Part shown: positions 26,756 to 40,945 of the stretch, piece by piece
Layout of the letters: each line of letters begins with the position of its first letter
How positions within the stretch are numbered: the first letter of the stretch is position 1
Translations under genes and position numbers: made by a program
Assembly (NCBI RefSeq): GCF_001194135.2
Contig: NC_068992.1
Location: 7,359,479-7,423,478 of the forward strand
DNA length: 64,000 nt
Direction of reading: 5' to 3'
Origin: Octopus bimaculoides
Taxonomy: Eukaryota
Notes under the pieces: generated by a model
Databases searched by the model: none
What the model saw: the letters and a program-made list of their open reading frames with translations, nothing else
Told to the model about the DNA's origin: nothing

Positions 26756-29700
26756 CACTTTGAAGATTTGTCATTGCATCATGGACATGGCATTGGTAGA
26801 GGAAATGATTTTGTTGTCAAGACTTAGATCAGTTCTCATTAAGAAACCATATTCTCAAATTTATTCTAGCCATACCACTCATTTTGTTCTTCAGACATAA
26901 TGTGTTCTGGGTTACTATATTCAATGTATTTTTTATTTTTTATTTTTTAATATCGTAGGATGTAAATATTAAGGGAGATTTGATTGCTATTTCTAGCAGA
27001 TCAGACCTCAATATTAAGGGTCACTTATTGGTACATTGACAAAAAAGTTGCTAATGATAGCAAATATTTTCTATGCTTAAACTTTGGTTGCTTTTCCTAA
27101 TATTAGGAGCAACCATTTCCTATTGGCTTTCCATGACCCTTCATTGAGTTTCTGGCTACTGGTTGTCATAAATTATCTTCACTAATTTTGTTTGCCGTTT
27201 AATGCCATGTCAGCTCTGATTAAGCTCACCAATGATTAAGAGTGTTCCAACCGTAATTATCTTGCTTTTTTTGTATATCTAAGACTACACTGTCCCTTCT
27301 GTGCCCTTCTGTCTTTACAACAATAAGATCATAAAAACTTGAAGGAGATTCAGCTGCTATTTCTGGTCGGTCAAGTAACTGAGATTCTGGTTAGTTTTTT
27401 CATGCTGGCGTTTATTAATCCACATTGCATGCGATATCTCTTTTTTATATAAGCATTTCTCTAACACTTGCCTCCTTATATTTCTATTATCACTGACATG
27501 TCATTACATCTCTTAGAATAAAGCATATTGCTTTACTGGTGTTTCCTGTTCATGACAATAACTGCTGTTAATTCTCTTTCAGCCTGTTAGCTTGAAAAAA
27601 GATTTTTTTTTAATTCCAAAATATAATGAAAGCATTGATTGTGTTAGCCAATGCCTCCCCACTTATGATGATAAGTCAATGAGAGAGTTTGTATGTAGAA
27701 GCACCACTAACTAGAAATACTAGCCAAATTGTCCTCCAATAACACCCCACCATCAAAAAGAGAGAATGCATAACTGTTTGGTCTTGAGAAGTGGTTCAAA
27801 AACTAATTTTATCATCTTTTATAATTTTCCAAATATTGCTAACCCCTCACAACTATATTTCACACTCAATCTTTACCATCTTATTTTTAATAAGAAATTA
27901 AATAAAACAAAAATTGCTTTAGAAAGAGAATTTATTCATATACAAAAAGAAAACATGTTTTGAAAATGATAAATAGCACTTTCCTATAAAAAAAAAACAT
28001 TTTAAAATTTCAATTTAAAGATACCACTTTTTATAGAACCCAAGAATTTTTTCACAGGGGTTCTTGGAATCCACTATGGGAAACACTTCTAGAGGAACAG
28101 GTTGTACTCCTGTGCTTCATAGGCCTTAAACTCAAGAGATGGACTCAATGTCATCAGTGAATAATGAATCTCTTGCAAAAACGATGGAATACCTTAGATT
28201 ATAAGTTTGCTTTTGATCAGAGCTGACCTGAGGCTAAAAACAACAACTTACACACATAAAGTTTGCAAATGCCATCATGTGAAGTTCATTCTAATATTTT
28301 GAGCAAGAACTCTTTCTCTAATGAAGTACCCTGATTGAAGCATTAGAATTCACAACTAGAATTGTCAATACAGACAGTTGTTGCCTAGGATTCTAGTTCA
28401 TTTTTCTTTCTTTTTCCTTTTTTTTTTTCTTTTTACTTCTGATTCTCCATTCTGGGTTTTCCATCAATAACTTTATTTTTCACTTTCCCTCTTCACTCCT
28501 TCCTATTTCTCCCTTTTCTTTCACTCTCTCTCTATCTCTTTCTCTCTGGTGCTGTCATCATTAAGAATTAATGTTTCTATCTGTATATCTCTCTATCTAT
28601 CTGTATACCTACCTATTTGTCTGTCTGTCTATCTATTTTTATATATCTCTATATGTATATCTATCAATCTACTTATTTATCTGTCTGTCTGTATATCTAG
28701 TTATCATATAGATAGACACACATGAGCCTAGGCAGTACAATTTCAGTTCATCAAAGATAAATAGTTAATCCCTGAGAATGCACAAACTCAACATACACTA
28801 TGACTTCATATCTATCAGAATTAAACAGGAAGTTTGAACCTCAGGAAAATATGGAATAATCAACACAAGTTACCCCACACCTGTATAAGCTCAGTCTAAT
28901 TTAACTAACATTTACTACATGAATCTCTCCAAATTATTGATTTCTCTCATCTTTGTATCGATTTCTCACATAAATATTATCTGAACTATTGTTTGTGAAA
29001 CAAGATCAGTTTAGATATTTAAACCATGGTGACCATGTTAAATATAAAAATTGAATTAGTAATGTGTCTGTCGTTTCTAAAATTAAATTTGAAACACTGT
29101 CTAATTTTCTTTACTTTTTTTTTTTTTTTTTTTTTNNNNNNNNNNNNNNNNNNNNNNNNNNNNNNNNNNNNNNNNNNNNNNNNNNNNNNNNNNNNNNNNN
29201 NNNNNNNNNNNNNNNNNNNNNNNNNNNNNNNNNNNNNNNNNNNNNNNNNNNNNNNNNNNNNNNNNNNNNNNNNNNNNNNNNNNNNNNNNNNNNNNNNNNN
29301 NNNNNNNNNNNNNNNNNNNNNNNNNNNNNNNNNNNNNNNNNNNNNNNNNNNNNNNNNNNNNNNNNNNNNNNNNNNNNNNNNNNNNNNNNNNNNNNNNNNN
29401 NNNNNNNNNNNNNNNNNNNNNNNNNNNNNNNNNNNNNNNNNNNNNNNNNNNNNNNNNNNNNNNNNNNNNNNNNNNNNNNNNNNNNNNNNNNNNNNNNNNN
29501 NNNNNNNNNNNNNNNNNNNNNNNNNNNNNNNNNNNNNNNNNNNNNNNNNNNNNNNNNNNNNNNNNNNNNNNNNNNNNNNNNNNNNNNNNNNNNNNNNNNN
29601 NNNNNNNNNNNNNNNNNNNNNNNNNNNNNNNNNNNNNNNNNNNNNNNNNNNNNNNNNNNNNNNNNNNNNNNNNNNNNNNNNNNNNNNNNNNNNNNNNNNN

Positions 29701-29976
29701 NNNNNNNNNNNNNNNNNNNNNNNNNNNNNNNNNNNNNNNNNNNNNNNNNNNNNNNNNNNNNNNNNNNNNNNNNNNNNNNNNNNNNNNNNNNNNNNNNNNN
29801 NNNNNNNNNNNNNNNNNNNNNNNNNNNNNNNNNNNNNNNNNNNNNNNNNNNNNNNNNNNNNNNNNNNNNNNNNNNNNNNNNNNNNNNNNNNNNNNNNNNN
29901 NNNNNNNNNNNNNNNNNNNNNNNNNNNNNNNNNNNNNNNNNNNNNNNNNNNNNNNNNNNNNNNNNNNNNNNNNNNN

Positions 29977-30012
<36 letters not shown>

Positions 30013-31775
30013 TAAATTTCCTTGTCCAGTGTATCCTTCTAAAAATGGTATGTCATGATATGAGAGACATTTGGTTGTTATGTCTAGCAGATCAGTTGAC
30101 TGCAAAGAATTTCTTTTATTGGCTCATTTGTTATGCAATCAGCCATGTGATTACATTTAAAATGACTTGTTCTTTAGACAACTTCTGATTTTTTGGCTTT
30201 TACTGTAATCACATCCATAGGTTTGGTAATTGTCCACCACTTACACTACAGCTTCAGAGAACAATTATTGGACAAAATTTTGGTTATGGAAACACAATTC
30301 CATTTGAAACAGCTGTATTGTGCTTAAGTGTTTGACGTCCTTAGTTTATGATATTAGAGATTATAAGAAACGATTTGAGACAAAAAAAAAGGAAACAGAT
30401 CTACTGACAGGATTCAAGCCTTGTTTCTATTGCTTGCAAGATGATTGTGTTACCCCTTATACTACAGATGGCCAACTATTTCATTTTCTCTAATTATGCA
30501 ACATAATTTGTTTCTGCTATTTTAACTGTATTATTTTATTTTATCTCCATAGTATAATTTAGTCACCTAGCACTAGTAAGATAGGTTATTTTACTGATGT
30601 CAAGCACAATGAGTCCTGCTAGTGAGTTTGTTACATCTATTTTTAAGACTCATATTGCTGCTTATAACGTCTAATATAATTTACATCAAATTCTGGGCAG
30701 TAAATTCATGCTTCTTTTATTTTCTGACTTGCCTTTATTTGTTCTTTGTCTATGATAGAAAATTCATTTATTTCAAAGCAAAATGGGACATCTTTCTCCA
30801 CACTGTATATGTTCTATCTGTTTTTCCTGACTTAAATGTTTCAATCTTGATTTTATTTTAATTACCTCATCTTAAAGAATTGTCCCATTTATTCTTTGTA
30901 AGCCCACCCATAAATTCATAGACTACTACTTCGTTTTTGAACTTTTCTGCTTCAGTTGATTTCATTTTGACATGTTGTTCGAACTTCATATTGTCATATT
31001 TATTTCATATCTCTTGTGTTGAACTCTTGAAATAAAAACAAAACAACAGTAGAATTTTGGGTTTGCCTTTACATTATGCTTTTGAATAGATATCTGTTTT
31101 CAAAAAAGAATTCTAGTTGGTAAATATCTTGTAAGTTAATATCTTGTTAGTCATCAATGATATGGATATTTTGTTGTTTGTTTTTTATTTTTCTATTTTT
31201 TACTTCATGCTGTAGAGTTTGATAACAACTTTATCAAGCATGCTATATTACCCACTTTATCAAATTAGCTAATTTTATTCCACAAACTAATACTTGTCAT
31301 TAATTATACCCATAATATCCTCCAGAAAACTTGTACATTTTAACTTCTATATGTTTAAGTATTTCCTTCAAATTTTATTTTCAGTGCAATTAATTCAACT
31401 CATTCTTTTTTCTTTTCTTTTTTTTTTGTATGTATTGCAAAATGTGATATTTTTTGATATTTGATTAAATTTCTGTTTATCTCACAAAATAAATTCTAAT
31501 TTTTAATAATTTTCTTCATGATTTAAATTTATTGCATATTTAATTAAAATTTCCTTGACTCGTGTACTAAATATTGATCAACCTTTTAACATTACCTTTT
31601 CATTTTTTCTTAATATTTCAATAAAATCTTTCTGGTCATCTTCAGGTGCCATTTAGGTTTTTCTTCCTTCTTTTCACAGGTATGTTTTTTTGGGATTAAG
31701 ATTAAATTGATGATGAAGTCACATGTTAATATACATGTACCTATGAAAGCATGCATGTATGTGTAGCTGTGTGTA

Positions 31776-31815
<40 letters not shown>

Positions 31816-32059
31816 NNNNNNNNNNAATAACACCAAATACAGAAATTGTTACTTCAAATAACTAATTATATTAAAAATTTTACTCATTAAAATATATATA
31901 ATTAGAAAAGCACTCAGAGAGCACAGACCTCCGCCAAGCAGCTCATTTTAACATAGATACACGAGTAAAATTACTAATAGAGAAACGAAAATAAACTTTA
32001 GAAACAGCAATTCTTGCTGACACAAACCACTCCAGTCTCATTGACTTCTGTTTTGTGTG

Positions 32060-32290
32060 TGTGTGTGTTTGTGACTTTTTTACTGGTTTCAGTCATTGAA
32101 CTGCAGCCATACTGGGACACTATCTTGAAGAGTTTTAGTCAAATGAATCAACCTCAGTACTTGTGTTTAAACTTGGTACTTTGTCTCTTTTGTCAAACTG
32201 TTAAATCATAGAAACATCAGCAAATTAACACCAGTTGTCAAGTGGTGGGTAAGGACAAACACAAAAACACACACATAGAGATATATACAA

Positions 32291-32326
<36 letters not shown>

Positions 32327-32930
32327 ATAACAGGCTTCTTTCAGTTTCCATCTACCAAATCNNNNNNNNNNNNNNNNNNNNNNNNNNNNNNNNNNNNNNN
32401 NNNNNNNNNNNNNNNNNNNNNNNNNNNNNNNNNNNNNNNNNNNNNNNNNNNNNNNNNNNNNNNNNNNNNNNNNNNNNNNNNNNNNNNNNNNNNNNNNNNN
32501 NNNNNNNNNNNNNNNNNNNNNNNNNNNNNNNNNNNNNNNNNNNNNNNNNNNNNNNNNNNNNNNNNNNNNNNNNNNNNNNNNNNNNNNNNNNNNNNNNNNN
32601 NNNNNNNNNNNNNNNNNNNNNNNNNNNNNNNNNNTCTATTGGTCTCTTTTGCTAAACCGCTAAGTTATGGGGATGTAAACACACCACCATCGGTTGTCAA
32701 GCGATGTTGGGGGACAAACACAGACACACAAACATATACACACACATACATATATATACATATATGCGATGAGCTTCTTTCAGTTTCTGTCTACCAAATC
32801 CACTCACAAGGCTTTGGTCGTCCTGAGGCTATAGTAGAAGACACTTGCCCAAGGTGCCACGCAGTGTGAATGAACCCGGAACCATGTGGTTGGTAAGCAA
32901 GCTACTTACCACACAGCCACTCCTGCGCCT
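32060..32930 (-). mobile_element. Two tandem SINE family B copies separated by an N gap
   Basis: 32060-32361 and 32635-32930 both match the family B consensus. Confidence 0.75.
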
Positions 32931-33809
32931 GTGTATATAATATTTGTATTTACTAAACTTTGTGTATGAAAAATAACCAAGTGCTCAATATGCATTTGTG
33001 TTAGAAATGTGTAGAGTCTGTATTAACTGTGTGTTGTTAAGCAAGATTATTTCCTCCTATCAAATGACTTTGTACAGTTGACTAATGTCTGAAATAATGG
33101 ATATGGAAAAGTAGACAGAGTATTCAAAAGTATTTTTGATTGATTGTGTGGCTGGTGGCTGGTGGCTGGTAGCTAGTGGCAGGTAGCTAGTGGCAGGATT
33201 GGTTTGTGGTGTTATTGATGAAATTCACTCTCTTCATAAGTATTAGCAGGTGATTCAACTTTAGATATGATCAGAACTGACCAACCACATCACAAACCAC
33301 TCAACCAATCAAAAGGCACCCAACAACTTTTAAATACCCTGACTACCAATCCATTTCCATTATTTCAGACTCACTGATTAATATGGTTGACTGATGTCAA
33401 CTGCACAAAACATTTAGATATAATCAAATAATCCACTTCACCATATTATATATGTATGTGTGTGTGTGTGTGTGTGCGTGTGTGTGCGTATGTGTGTGTA
33501 CGTGTGTGTGTGTAGATAGATAGATAGATAGATAGATAATGTATATTTGCTTCCCCTGTATTTTTAGGAATATCAAATTTCTGAAGTCCTGCCATATTAT
33601 GTAATGTTATAATGCAAAACACATTTTTATTGACTCCAATATTTGTTTATTTCTATGTTACATGGAAGTCAAAAGGTTATGGGTGTCATGTATTGGAATT
33701 TCTGCATTTGAGGAACATGGTTTTATTTAATATGAGGGATTCCTGCATAATATATATGCATATATATATATATCATCATCATCTTTATTTAATATCCATT
33801 TTCCATGCC

Positions 33810-33855
<46 letters not shown>

Positions 33856-34344
33856 TATATAGATAGGGTGATAAATTGAATATTAATTCAATTTAAAACC
33901 AAGTGGCCTAGCCTATAAAAAAATCTGAAAATTCAGAAAAAATTGTATTATGTGTATAAGCGATGACCACTAGGTGGACATCCAATATGCTAGAAAGAGG
34001 TCATCAACGACCCAACCACAAAGAAAAATAATGTTCTCCAGAAAAAATTTTGCAAAACACCACAACAGGACGTAACCACATCTGTGTTCTCGTCAGCACA
34101 ACCATTCTAGAATCAATATAATTTGCAGAACTATACACAAATTGTCTTCATGAAATAAGACTTGCATACAGTTCTACCGATTACATTGGGGTTATTTTTC
34201 AAGAAGGTGCACAAGAAGGTTAACAGAGAAAGTAATCTATACCTGGCAGATGTGCAGGTGCATTAAACACTAGGAATGTACAGAAAATAGACTTCCTCTA
34301 ATGTCCAGGAGATTCTTAGAAGTAGTAGACAGTTTCTGTTAGTT

Positions 34345-34800
34345 AGGCAACCAAGTTAGCAGGGGAGGAGGTAGTTCTGTAGGCATAACTGCTATAATGT
34401 GAAAAGGCTAGGCAAAGTTCAGAGAGCTATCTTTGTTAGTAGGAAAGAGTCTCTCCTTCACAGTGAAAGATAAATTGTATGGTGGCCTGTGTACTAACAG
34501 CTGTGCTACATTGCAGTGAGACATGGGCTGTGAATACTGAGGACATGCAAAGGCTTGAAAGAAATGAAACCAGCACGCTCTGCTGGATGGGTAATGTGTG
34601 TGTGTATGTATGACAGAGTGTGAGTTGAGAGAAAAATTGGGTGTATGAGACGTCAGATGTAGTGTGCAAGAGAGAGGACTACACTAGTATGGTCATGTGA
34701 TGCATATGGACAAGGACAGCTGCATCAAGAAGTGCTGGTCTCTAATTGCAGAGTGAATGTGTGGAAGGGGTAGACCCAGAAAGACATGGAAAGGTAAAAT
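34345..34800 (+). mobile_element. RTE LINE fragment (C-terminal ORF2 region)
   Basis: Nucleotide similarity to the reverse complement of about 58880-59350, for example gaggacatgcaaaggcttgaaagaaatgaa, ggtcatgtgatgcatatggac and ggaaggggtagacccagaaagacatgg. Confidence 0.8.
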
Positions 34801-34974
34801 GCTGATCCCTGATGTATTTTAAATGAAAGACAAAACTAGTTGGTTTACTCATTTTCAGCTACCAAAAACCCTTTTCTTCATATTAGGGGCCTATTTTCAC
34901 AGCAAGTGCAAACAAGTTTACTAAACATGGTATGACACATGACTTTATGTACATATCTATATCTACATATCTAT

Positions 34975-35041
<67 letters not shown>

Positions 35042-36485
35042 NNNNNNNNNNTACATGCATACACACACACACACACATACATACATACATATATATATTT
35101 GGCATCTCAATAGATGATTGGCTTATACACATACCAATCAAAGCTTATTAAAAGCAAGATGAAACTAAAACTAATAGTCATTTCCTTTGTGCTTAATAAC
35201 TAATAACTAATCGCAGAAATATCAACATGTAATATTTTTCTTATTTCTGTGTCTGTTATGTTGAAACATTCACCAACACCAACTTCATTTGGTTTTTTTT
35301 AATCCATATTTTTCTTTCATCAAACAGAATATTATTTGAATGAGAAAGATAAATAATTTCTACTTAATCATTTTTACTTCTTTTCCAGGTTCTTGTTTGT
35401 CTTATTTATTTTAATTAACATCAGTTTTAATAGATTTTCTTCTTGCTCTTCCACTAATGTTCATTAATATTCTTAGTATTACTTTAATTGACGTGGATGG
35501 AAGTGGAATGCATCTATATATTTGATTCGTCTAAACTTCTGATATAAACTTGTGAAGTAAAGCTCGTTAATATTTCTGTTTTTGATTTTGTTAATAATTT
35601 ATTGACTTTAAACCTATTTCAATTATTTTTGAGTTTTGGGTGTTTTGGGAGTTTTTTTGGGGGGGGGGTTCTTTGTTTTATATTTTTCTTTTGATATTCC
35701 AGTTGTTTGTAGATCCCATCACCCTTTGGAAAAAATAATTTGTATACACATTTCTATTGCTGTTCTAACTTCTGCTGTTTACCATCCTGTTCAGCCTTGG
35801 TCAAGAAGACCTGTAGTCAGGCATTCCAGCCATGACCACAGCATCTTATTTTCAGGTGTATTGCAACGGACACCACATATTCAATGTCTCCTTTGTTTTT
35901 TAAGACAAGGTGTGGCAATTTGCAATTCAAGGGACATTTTGGTGCTATTTTTAGCAAGTTGAATGTCCACACAATTGTCCCTTATTGCCTCATGTATCAT
36001 GTATTTCTCTTTCCCCATGTATTAAGTATCATTTTCTTCTCATACGAAGTGTCTCCCTCTTTACTATACCACCTATGTCAGGTATTTTTGCAAGCACATT
36101 CATATGAGCTTTCTAAATATATATAAGCATAGTGAACCCTTATTTAAAACTATATGATTCATCTAAATTCGAAATCAGCCAAACAGGCATCCACTGGCCA
36201 GCATTTGGTTTTTTTTTCAATTCATTATCGTTTCCTCATTAAAACTGCAGCAATTCATTTTCTGAAGTGAGAGACTTCATTTGCAAATCAAATCCTCATC
36301 ATGATGAGATGCTGTGCCAGGGGAATGAAGTATAATGTGTAGAGAGACCTACAAATAAATTATAGAACTCTATATTTGACAATACATAGAGTATTTAATT
36401 GAAAGCGGTCTTATTTTTTTATACAATAGTACATATCATGCATTGATCAATATGGGCCACTTATATTATTTATTTATTTATATAT

Positions 36486-36834
36486 AGGCATAGGAATGGC
36501 TATGTGATAAGTAGCTTGCTTACCAACCACATGGTTCCGGGTTCAGTCCCACACTGCGTGGCATCTTGGGCAAGTGTCTTCTACTATAGCCTCGGGCCAA
36601 CCAAAGCTTTGTGAGTGAATTTGGTAGACGGAAACTGAAAGAAGCCCGTCGTATATATGTATATATATGTGTGTGTGTGTGTTTGTGTGTATGTGTTTGT
36701 CCCCCAACATCGCTTGACAACCGATGCTGGTGTGTTTACATTCCCGTAACTTAGCGGTTCAGCAAAAGAGACCAATAGAATAAGTACTAGGCTTACAAAG
36801 AATAAGTCCTGGGGTCGATTTGCTCGACTAAAGG
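36486..36834 (+). mobile_element. Near full-length SINE (family B), 3' end in gap
   Basis: ggctatgtgataagtagcttgcttaccaaccacatggttccgggttcagtccca...gggcaagtgtcttctactatagcctcgggcc...gaaactgaaagaagcccgtcg, an internal (TG)n, then cgcttgacaaccgatgctgg...gaataagtactaggctt. Confidence 0.88.
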
Positions 36835-36988
36835 NNNNNNNNNNNNNNNNNNNNNNNNNNNNNNNNNNNNNNNNNNNNNNNNNNNNNNNNNNNNNNNNNN
36901 NNNNNNNNNNNNNNNNNNNNNNNNNNNNNNNNNNNNNNNNNNNNNNNNNNNNNNNNNNNNNNNNNNNNNNNNNNNNNNNNNNNNNNNN

Positions 36989-37033
<45 letters not shown>

Positions 37034-37772
37034 TATGCTTACACATTGAAGTTATATATATATTGTATATCCATATATGTAATATTTATCATATATAAAG
37101 CAGCAAGCTAGCAGAATCATTAACATGCCAGACAAAATGCTTGGTAGCATATCTTTCAAGTGAATGTTTTGAGTCCAAATGCCACCAAGTTGACTTTGTT
37201 TTTGTAGGGTTGATAAAATGAATACCAGATGAGCACACGAGGGTCAATGTACTCGACTTACCCCTTCCCTAAAATTACGAGCCATGTACCAATATTTACC
37301 AATACCGCTCATATATATATATAAAAGCATGGAGATAAATGTTTTAACAAGAGTTGGTATATTTAGTTTAGCCATGTCATGTGAATATACAGTGTGTTCC
37401 TCCATTTCTGATGCTGTCAGGTTGACGTGCAGCCCCTGATGGGATTTCCTTGATGAGTGCTATGTGCCTGTTGTAGAATTTTCATGGGAGAATAACATAG
37501 AGGATTTCTCATTGCCTTCTGGTCATGTATTGTATATGCTCTATGGGAAATAGAATGTGTTGAGAAAGAAAAGAACCGGGTATAGAGTGAACCAAGAATA
37601 AATATTTAAAGAAGGTCTGAGAAACTTAAGCATATTAAAAGACAATCAATGAGGGATTCAAAGAATATTTGAGATGCCTGAGAGAAAATGTCCTGTCAAG
37701 CTATCTGAGCTCTGCTCTTATGAAATAAAAGGACATCATATTATTAAAGAAGGGAAAATACAACAATGATTA

Positions 37773-38051
37773 TACAGTTCTATATTTAAGAGATGAATTA
37801 TGTACATTATTTACATTTGACGGATATTTGTCCTCATCTTGTCTGCTGTTAACACAACGTTTCAGCCGATATACCCTCCAGTCTTCATCAAATGTCTTGG
37901 GGAAATTTTGAATCTGGGTTCTCATTCCTAAGGTATTTTTTGATGTTATTATTATTATCATTATTATTATTGTTGTTGTTGTTCAGGTCACTGCTTGGAA
38001 TTGAACTCAGAATCTTGGGGTTAGTAGCCAGCGCTCTTAACCACTATGCCA
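37773..38051 (-). mobile_element. tRNA-headed SINE with hammerhead-containing 3' module, copy 1
   Basis: Minus strand: TGGCATAGTGGTTAAGAGCGC (A box), GAGTTCAATTCC (B box), (AAC/AAT)n, then GACAT-TTGATGA-A-GACTG-gagggtatat-CGGCT-GAAAC-GTT-GTGTT at 37851-37896. Confidence 0.85.
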
Positions 38052-38061
38052 CTTGTACATT

Positions 38062-38102
<41 letters not shown>

Positions 38103-38103
<1 letters not shown>

Positions 38104-38624
38104 TCATCATCCTCATCATCATCATCGTTTAACGTCCGCTTTCCATGCTAGCATGGGTTGGACGATTTGACTGAGGACTGGTGAAACCGGATGGCAACAC
38201 CAGCCTCCAATCTGATTTGGCAGAGTTTCTACAGCTGGATGCCCTTCCTAACGCCAACCANNNNNNNNNNNNNNNNNNNNNNNNNNNNNNNNNNNNNNNN
38301 NNNNNNNNNNNNNNNNNNNNNNNNNNNNNNNNNNNNNNNNNNNNNNNNNNNNNNNNNNNNNNNNNNNNNNNNNNNNNNNNNNNNNNNNNNNNNNNNNNNN
38401 NNNNNNNNNNNNNNNNNNNNNNNNNNNNNNNNNNNNNNNNNNNNNNNNNNNNNNNNNNNNNNNNNNNNNNNNNNNNNNNNNNNNNNNNNNNNNNNNNGCC
38501 AGTCAGGCGGTACTGGCAACAGCTACGCTCAAAATGGTGTATTTTATGTGCCACCCGCACAAGAGCCAGTCTAGAGGCACTGGCAATGTTCTCGCTCGAA
38601 AATCCTACGAAGGCCAGTCAGGCG

Positions 38625-38628
<4 letters not shown>
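38103..38628 (-). mobile_element. RTE 3' UTR and tail copy interrupted by a gap
   Basis: catcatcgtttaacgtccgctttccatgctagcatgggttggacg... plus gccagtcaggcggtactggc repeat units. Confidence 0.8.
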
Positions 38629-38659
<31 letters not shown>

Positions 38660-39218
38660 TCGGATTTGTGTGAATTCGATTTATTCAATAACAAGGGGTA
38701 GAAATAAATGCGTGTAAAGATTTTCATAGCAAAAGTGTGTATAGAAATAAATTTGAATAGAAACAAATGTATATAGAAAACTTTGTGTGCATTAAAAAAA
38801 TGTAGTATTTATATATACAGGCATCGTGTAAAGTCTATCAAAATAAGATGAGCTAAGCTTAGTGTTTCTAAATATATTTGAGTATAACAAAAATGTGTAT
38901 CTATATATGAAGCTTCTTGTATATCTATACCATAAGTTTCATTCAGATGGCAAAACTATACGCAATTAATTCTCTCATTAGTTATTTTTTTCTAAATGTA
39001 TCTGTTTTCTCTTTAACTGTCATCTCTGAATGCTTTCTCCAATTTTGATTTGTTGATAAATGTAGAGGATGGATCTGATAATTTACTGAATGTCTTTTTC
39101 TCTTTCCATAATATTTGTTTTATTGTGGAATTAGGATGGCAGCATATAAAATATTAGTGGTGTATTTCGGTAATTCTTGCTATATTTTGCTAATTCTTTT
39201 CTGAATTTTATGCATATA

Positions 39219-39267
<49 letters not shown>

Positions 39268-39683
39268 ATATTTTCCTTTGAGTTTTATTTAAGTTCCTCT
39301 TAAGAGAGTTCAAGCCAGTCACTAGTAAAGCGACAAGACTGTTTGAGTTTGTAGATATGCGGCAGTGTTGGTGTGTTAGTTGAGCTGCCAGTGCTCACAC
39401 CCAAATGTGTGCATCTATTCACCTAAAGAATCTCAGATGGAGAATCTTTGGAATGTCTAACAAATCTTCCTTGTGCTGCTAATAGATTGGATGATTCAAA
39501 GAATTCACATCATCTTCTTTTGCTCTTTCTTCAAACAATGCGGCTAACCCCTGAGGGTGAATGCTACTGTTGCTTTTAGCCCCAGGAGAACATCTCCTCC
39601 AGCTGGCTATTGACACACTTTCTGTGCCTTGTTGGTATTTGCAAAGGGAAGTCATCCTTCCCATCATCGATCTGACGAGATAC

Positions 39684-39726
39684 GCACGGACCCAGGTTTC
39701 TGGGTATTTACCTTTCGTCAGTGTAC
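39684..39726 (-). ncRNA. Degenerate minimal hammerhead motif
   Basis: Minus strand: GTACA-CTGACGA-AAGGT-AAAT-ACCCA-GAAAC-CTGG-GTC-CGTGC. The core is intact but there are mismatches at the base of stems I and II. ACCTGGGT is one transition away from the palindrome ACCCGGGT. Confidence 0.5.
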
Positions 39727-39850
39727 AACAATCACTGATCTTCAATGCGAAGGGCTCCCAATGCAAATACATATATCTTTTTTGCAGTGACGAAAATTCA
39801 CTGATCTCAAAAAAGTGTAAACAAGCAATAATAAATCTCTGAACGAGGTA

Positions 39851-39882
39851 TAAACAGTAGTTGCACGTGCAGCTACTGTTTA
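39851..39882. repeat. 32-bp near-perfect palindrome
   Basis: taaacagtagttgcacgtgcagctactgttta; 15 of 16 pairs are Watson-Crick, with one T.G. It abuts an N gap. Confidence 0.9.
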
Positions 39883-40710
39883 NNNNNNNNNNNNNNNNNN
39901 NNNNNNNNNNNNNNNNNNNNNNNNNNNNNNNNNNNNNNNNNNNNNNNNNNNNNNNNNNNNNNNNNNNNNNNNNNNNNNNNNNNNNNNNNNNNNNNNNNNN
40001 NNNNNNNNNNNNNNNNNNNNNNNNNNNNNNNNNNNNNNNNNNNNNNNNNNNNNNNNNNNNNNNNNNNNNNNNNNNNNNNNNNNNNNNNNNNNNNNNNNNN
40101 NNNNNNNNNNNNNNNNNNNNNNNNNNNNNNNNNNNNNNNNNNNNNNNNNNNNNNNNNNNNNNNNNNNNNNNNNNNNNNNNNNNNNNNNNNNNNNNNNNNN
40201 NNNNNNNNNNNNTAAATAATTTGTTAAATTCAAAAGTTATATCATTAGTGTGTTGTTGAGTTTCATTGTTGTCAAAGAAAAAGGTGAGCCATCTGATATG
40301 GTTGATAAATATTTTGTATAATATATAAATAAATAAATGGAGTTAAATGCAGGTGTTATTCAAATTCTTTCACTTCCGACACATGTTTCACATAATGCCG
40401 GAGTTTCTACCTTTAAAAACAAGTAGTGTTAAATGAAATATTTTGTAATATTTTTTGTCCACTACTAAAACAGTGAGCTGGCTCAATCATTAGATGCCAG
40501 GCAAAATGTTTAGCAGTATTTTCTCCATTTTTACATTCTGAGTTCAAATTCCTCCAAGGTTGACCTTGCCTTTCATCATTTTGAGGTTGATAAAATAAGT
40601 ACCAATTGAATGTAATTGACTTACCCCTTCCCCCGAACTTACTGGTCTTGTGCCAAATTTTGAGACAAACATTTCATCAAAAGCTCTATAAAGATTCTTC
40701 ACATGTTTGT

Positions 40711-40945
40711 GAAGGTGTGTTGACTAATGGTTTAAGATCATGGATCAGTTCCTGGACTGGATGGTGTGTTCTTGAGCAAGACACTTCATTTCATATTGCT
40801 CCAGTCCATGCTGCTGTGAATGAGTTCCAGTAAAAGCTGGGAAGTTAACCTTGTGATGGACTGGCATCTCATTTAGTGGGAACGGTTGTCATTTCAGTTG
40901 ATTAGACACTGCAGAAACCGGTTAAACTCTGGCTTTACGGGTCCT
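40711..40945 (+). mobile_element. Diverged SINE family C copy
   Basis: Core gtgtgttcttgagcaagacacttcatttcatattgctccagtcca and tail gatggactggc...gaaaccgg. Confidence 0.7.

Noticed and set aside
31620-31745. Hammerhead-like words (minus-strand gcacCTGAAGAtgacc; plus-strand tgatgaagtcacatgt...acatgtac)
   Set aside because: The GAAAC/GUH half and the stems cannot be assembled. Similar partial matches near 5370, 6275, 8360, 34120 and 50095 also fail.
38168-38195. CTGAGGA...GAAAC in the RTE tail
   Set aside because: There is no stem II, no NUH triplet and no stem I complementarity; it is a chance match.
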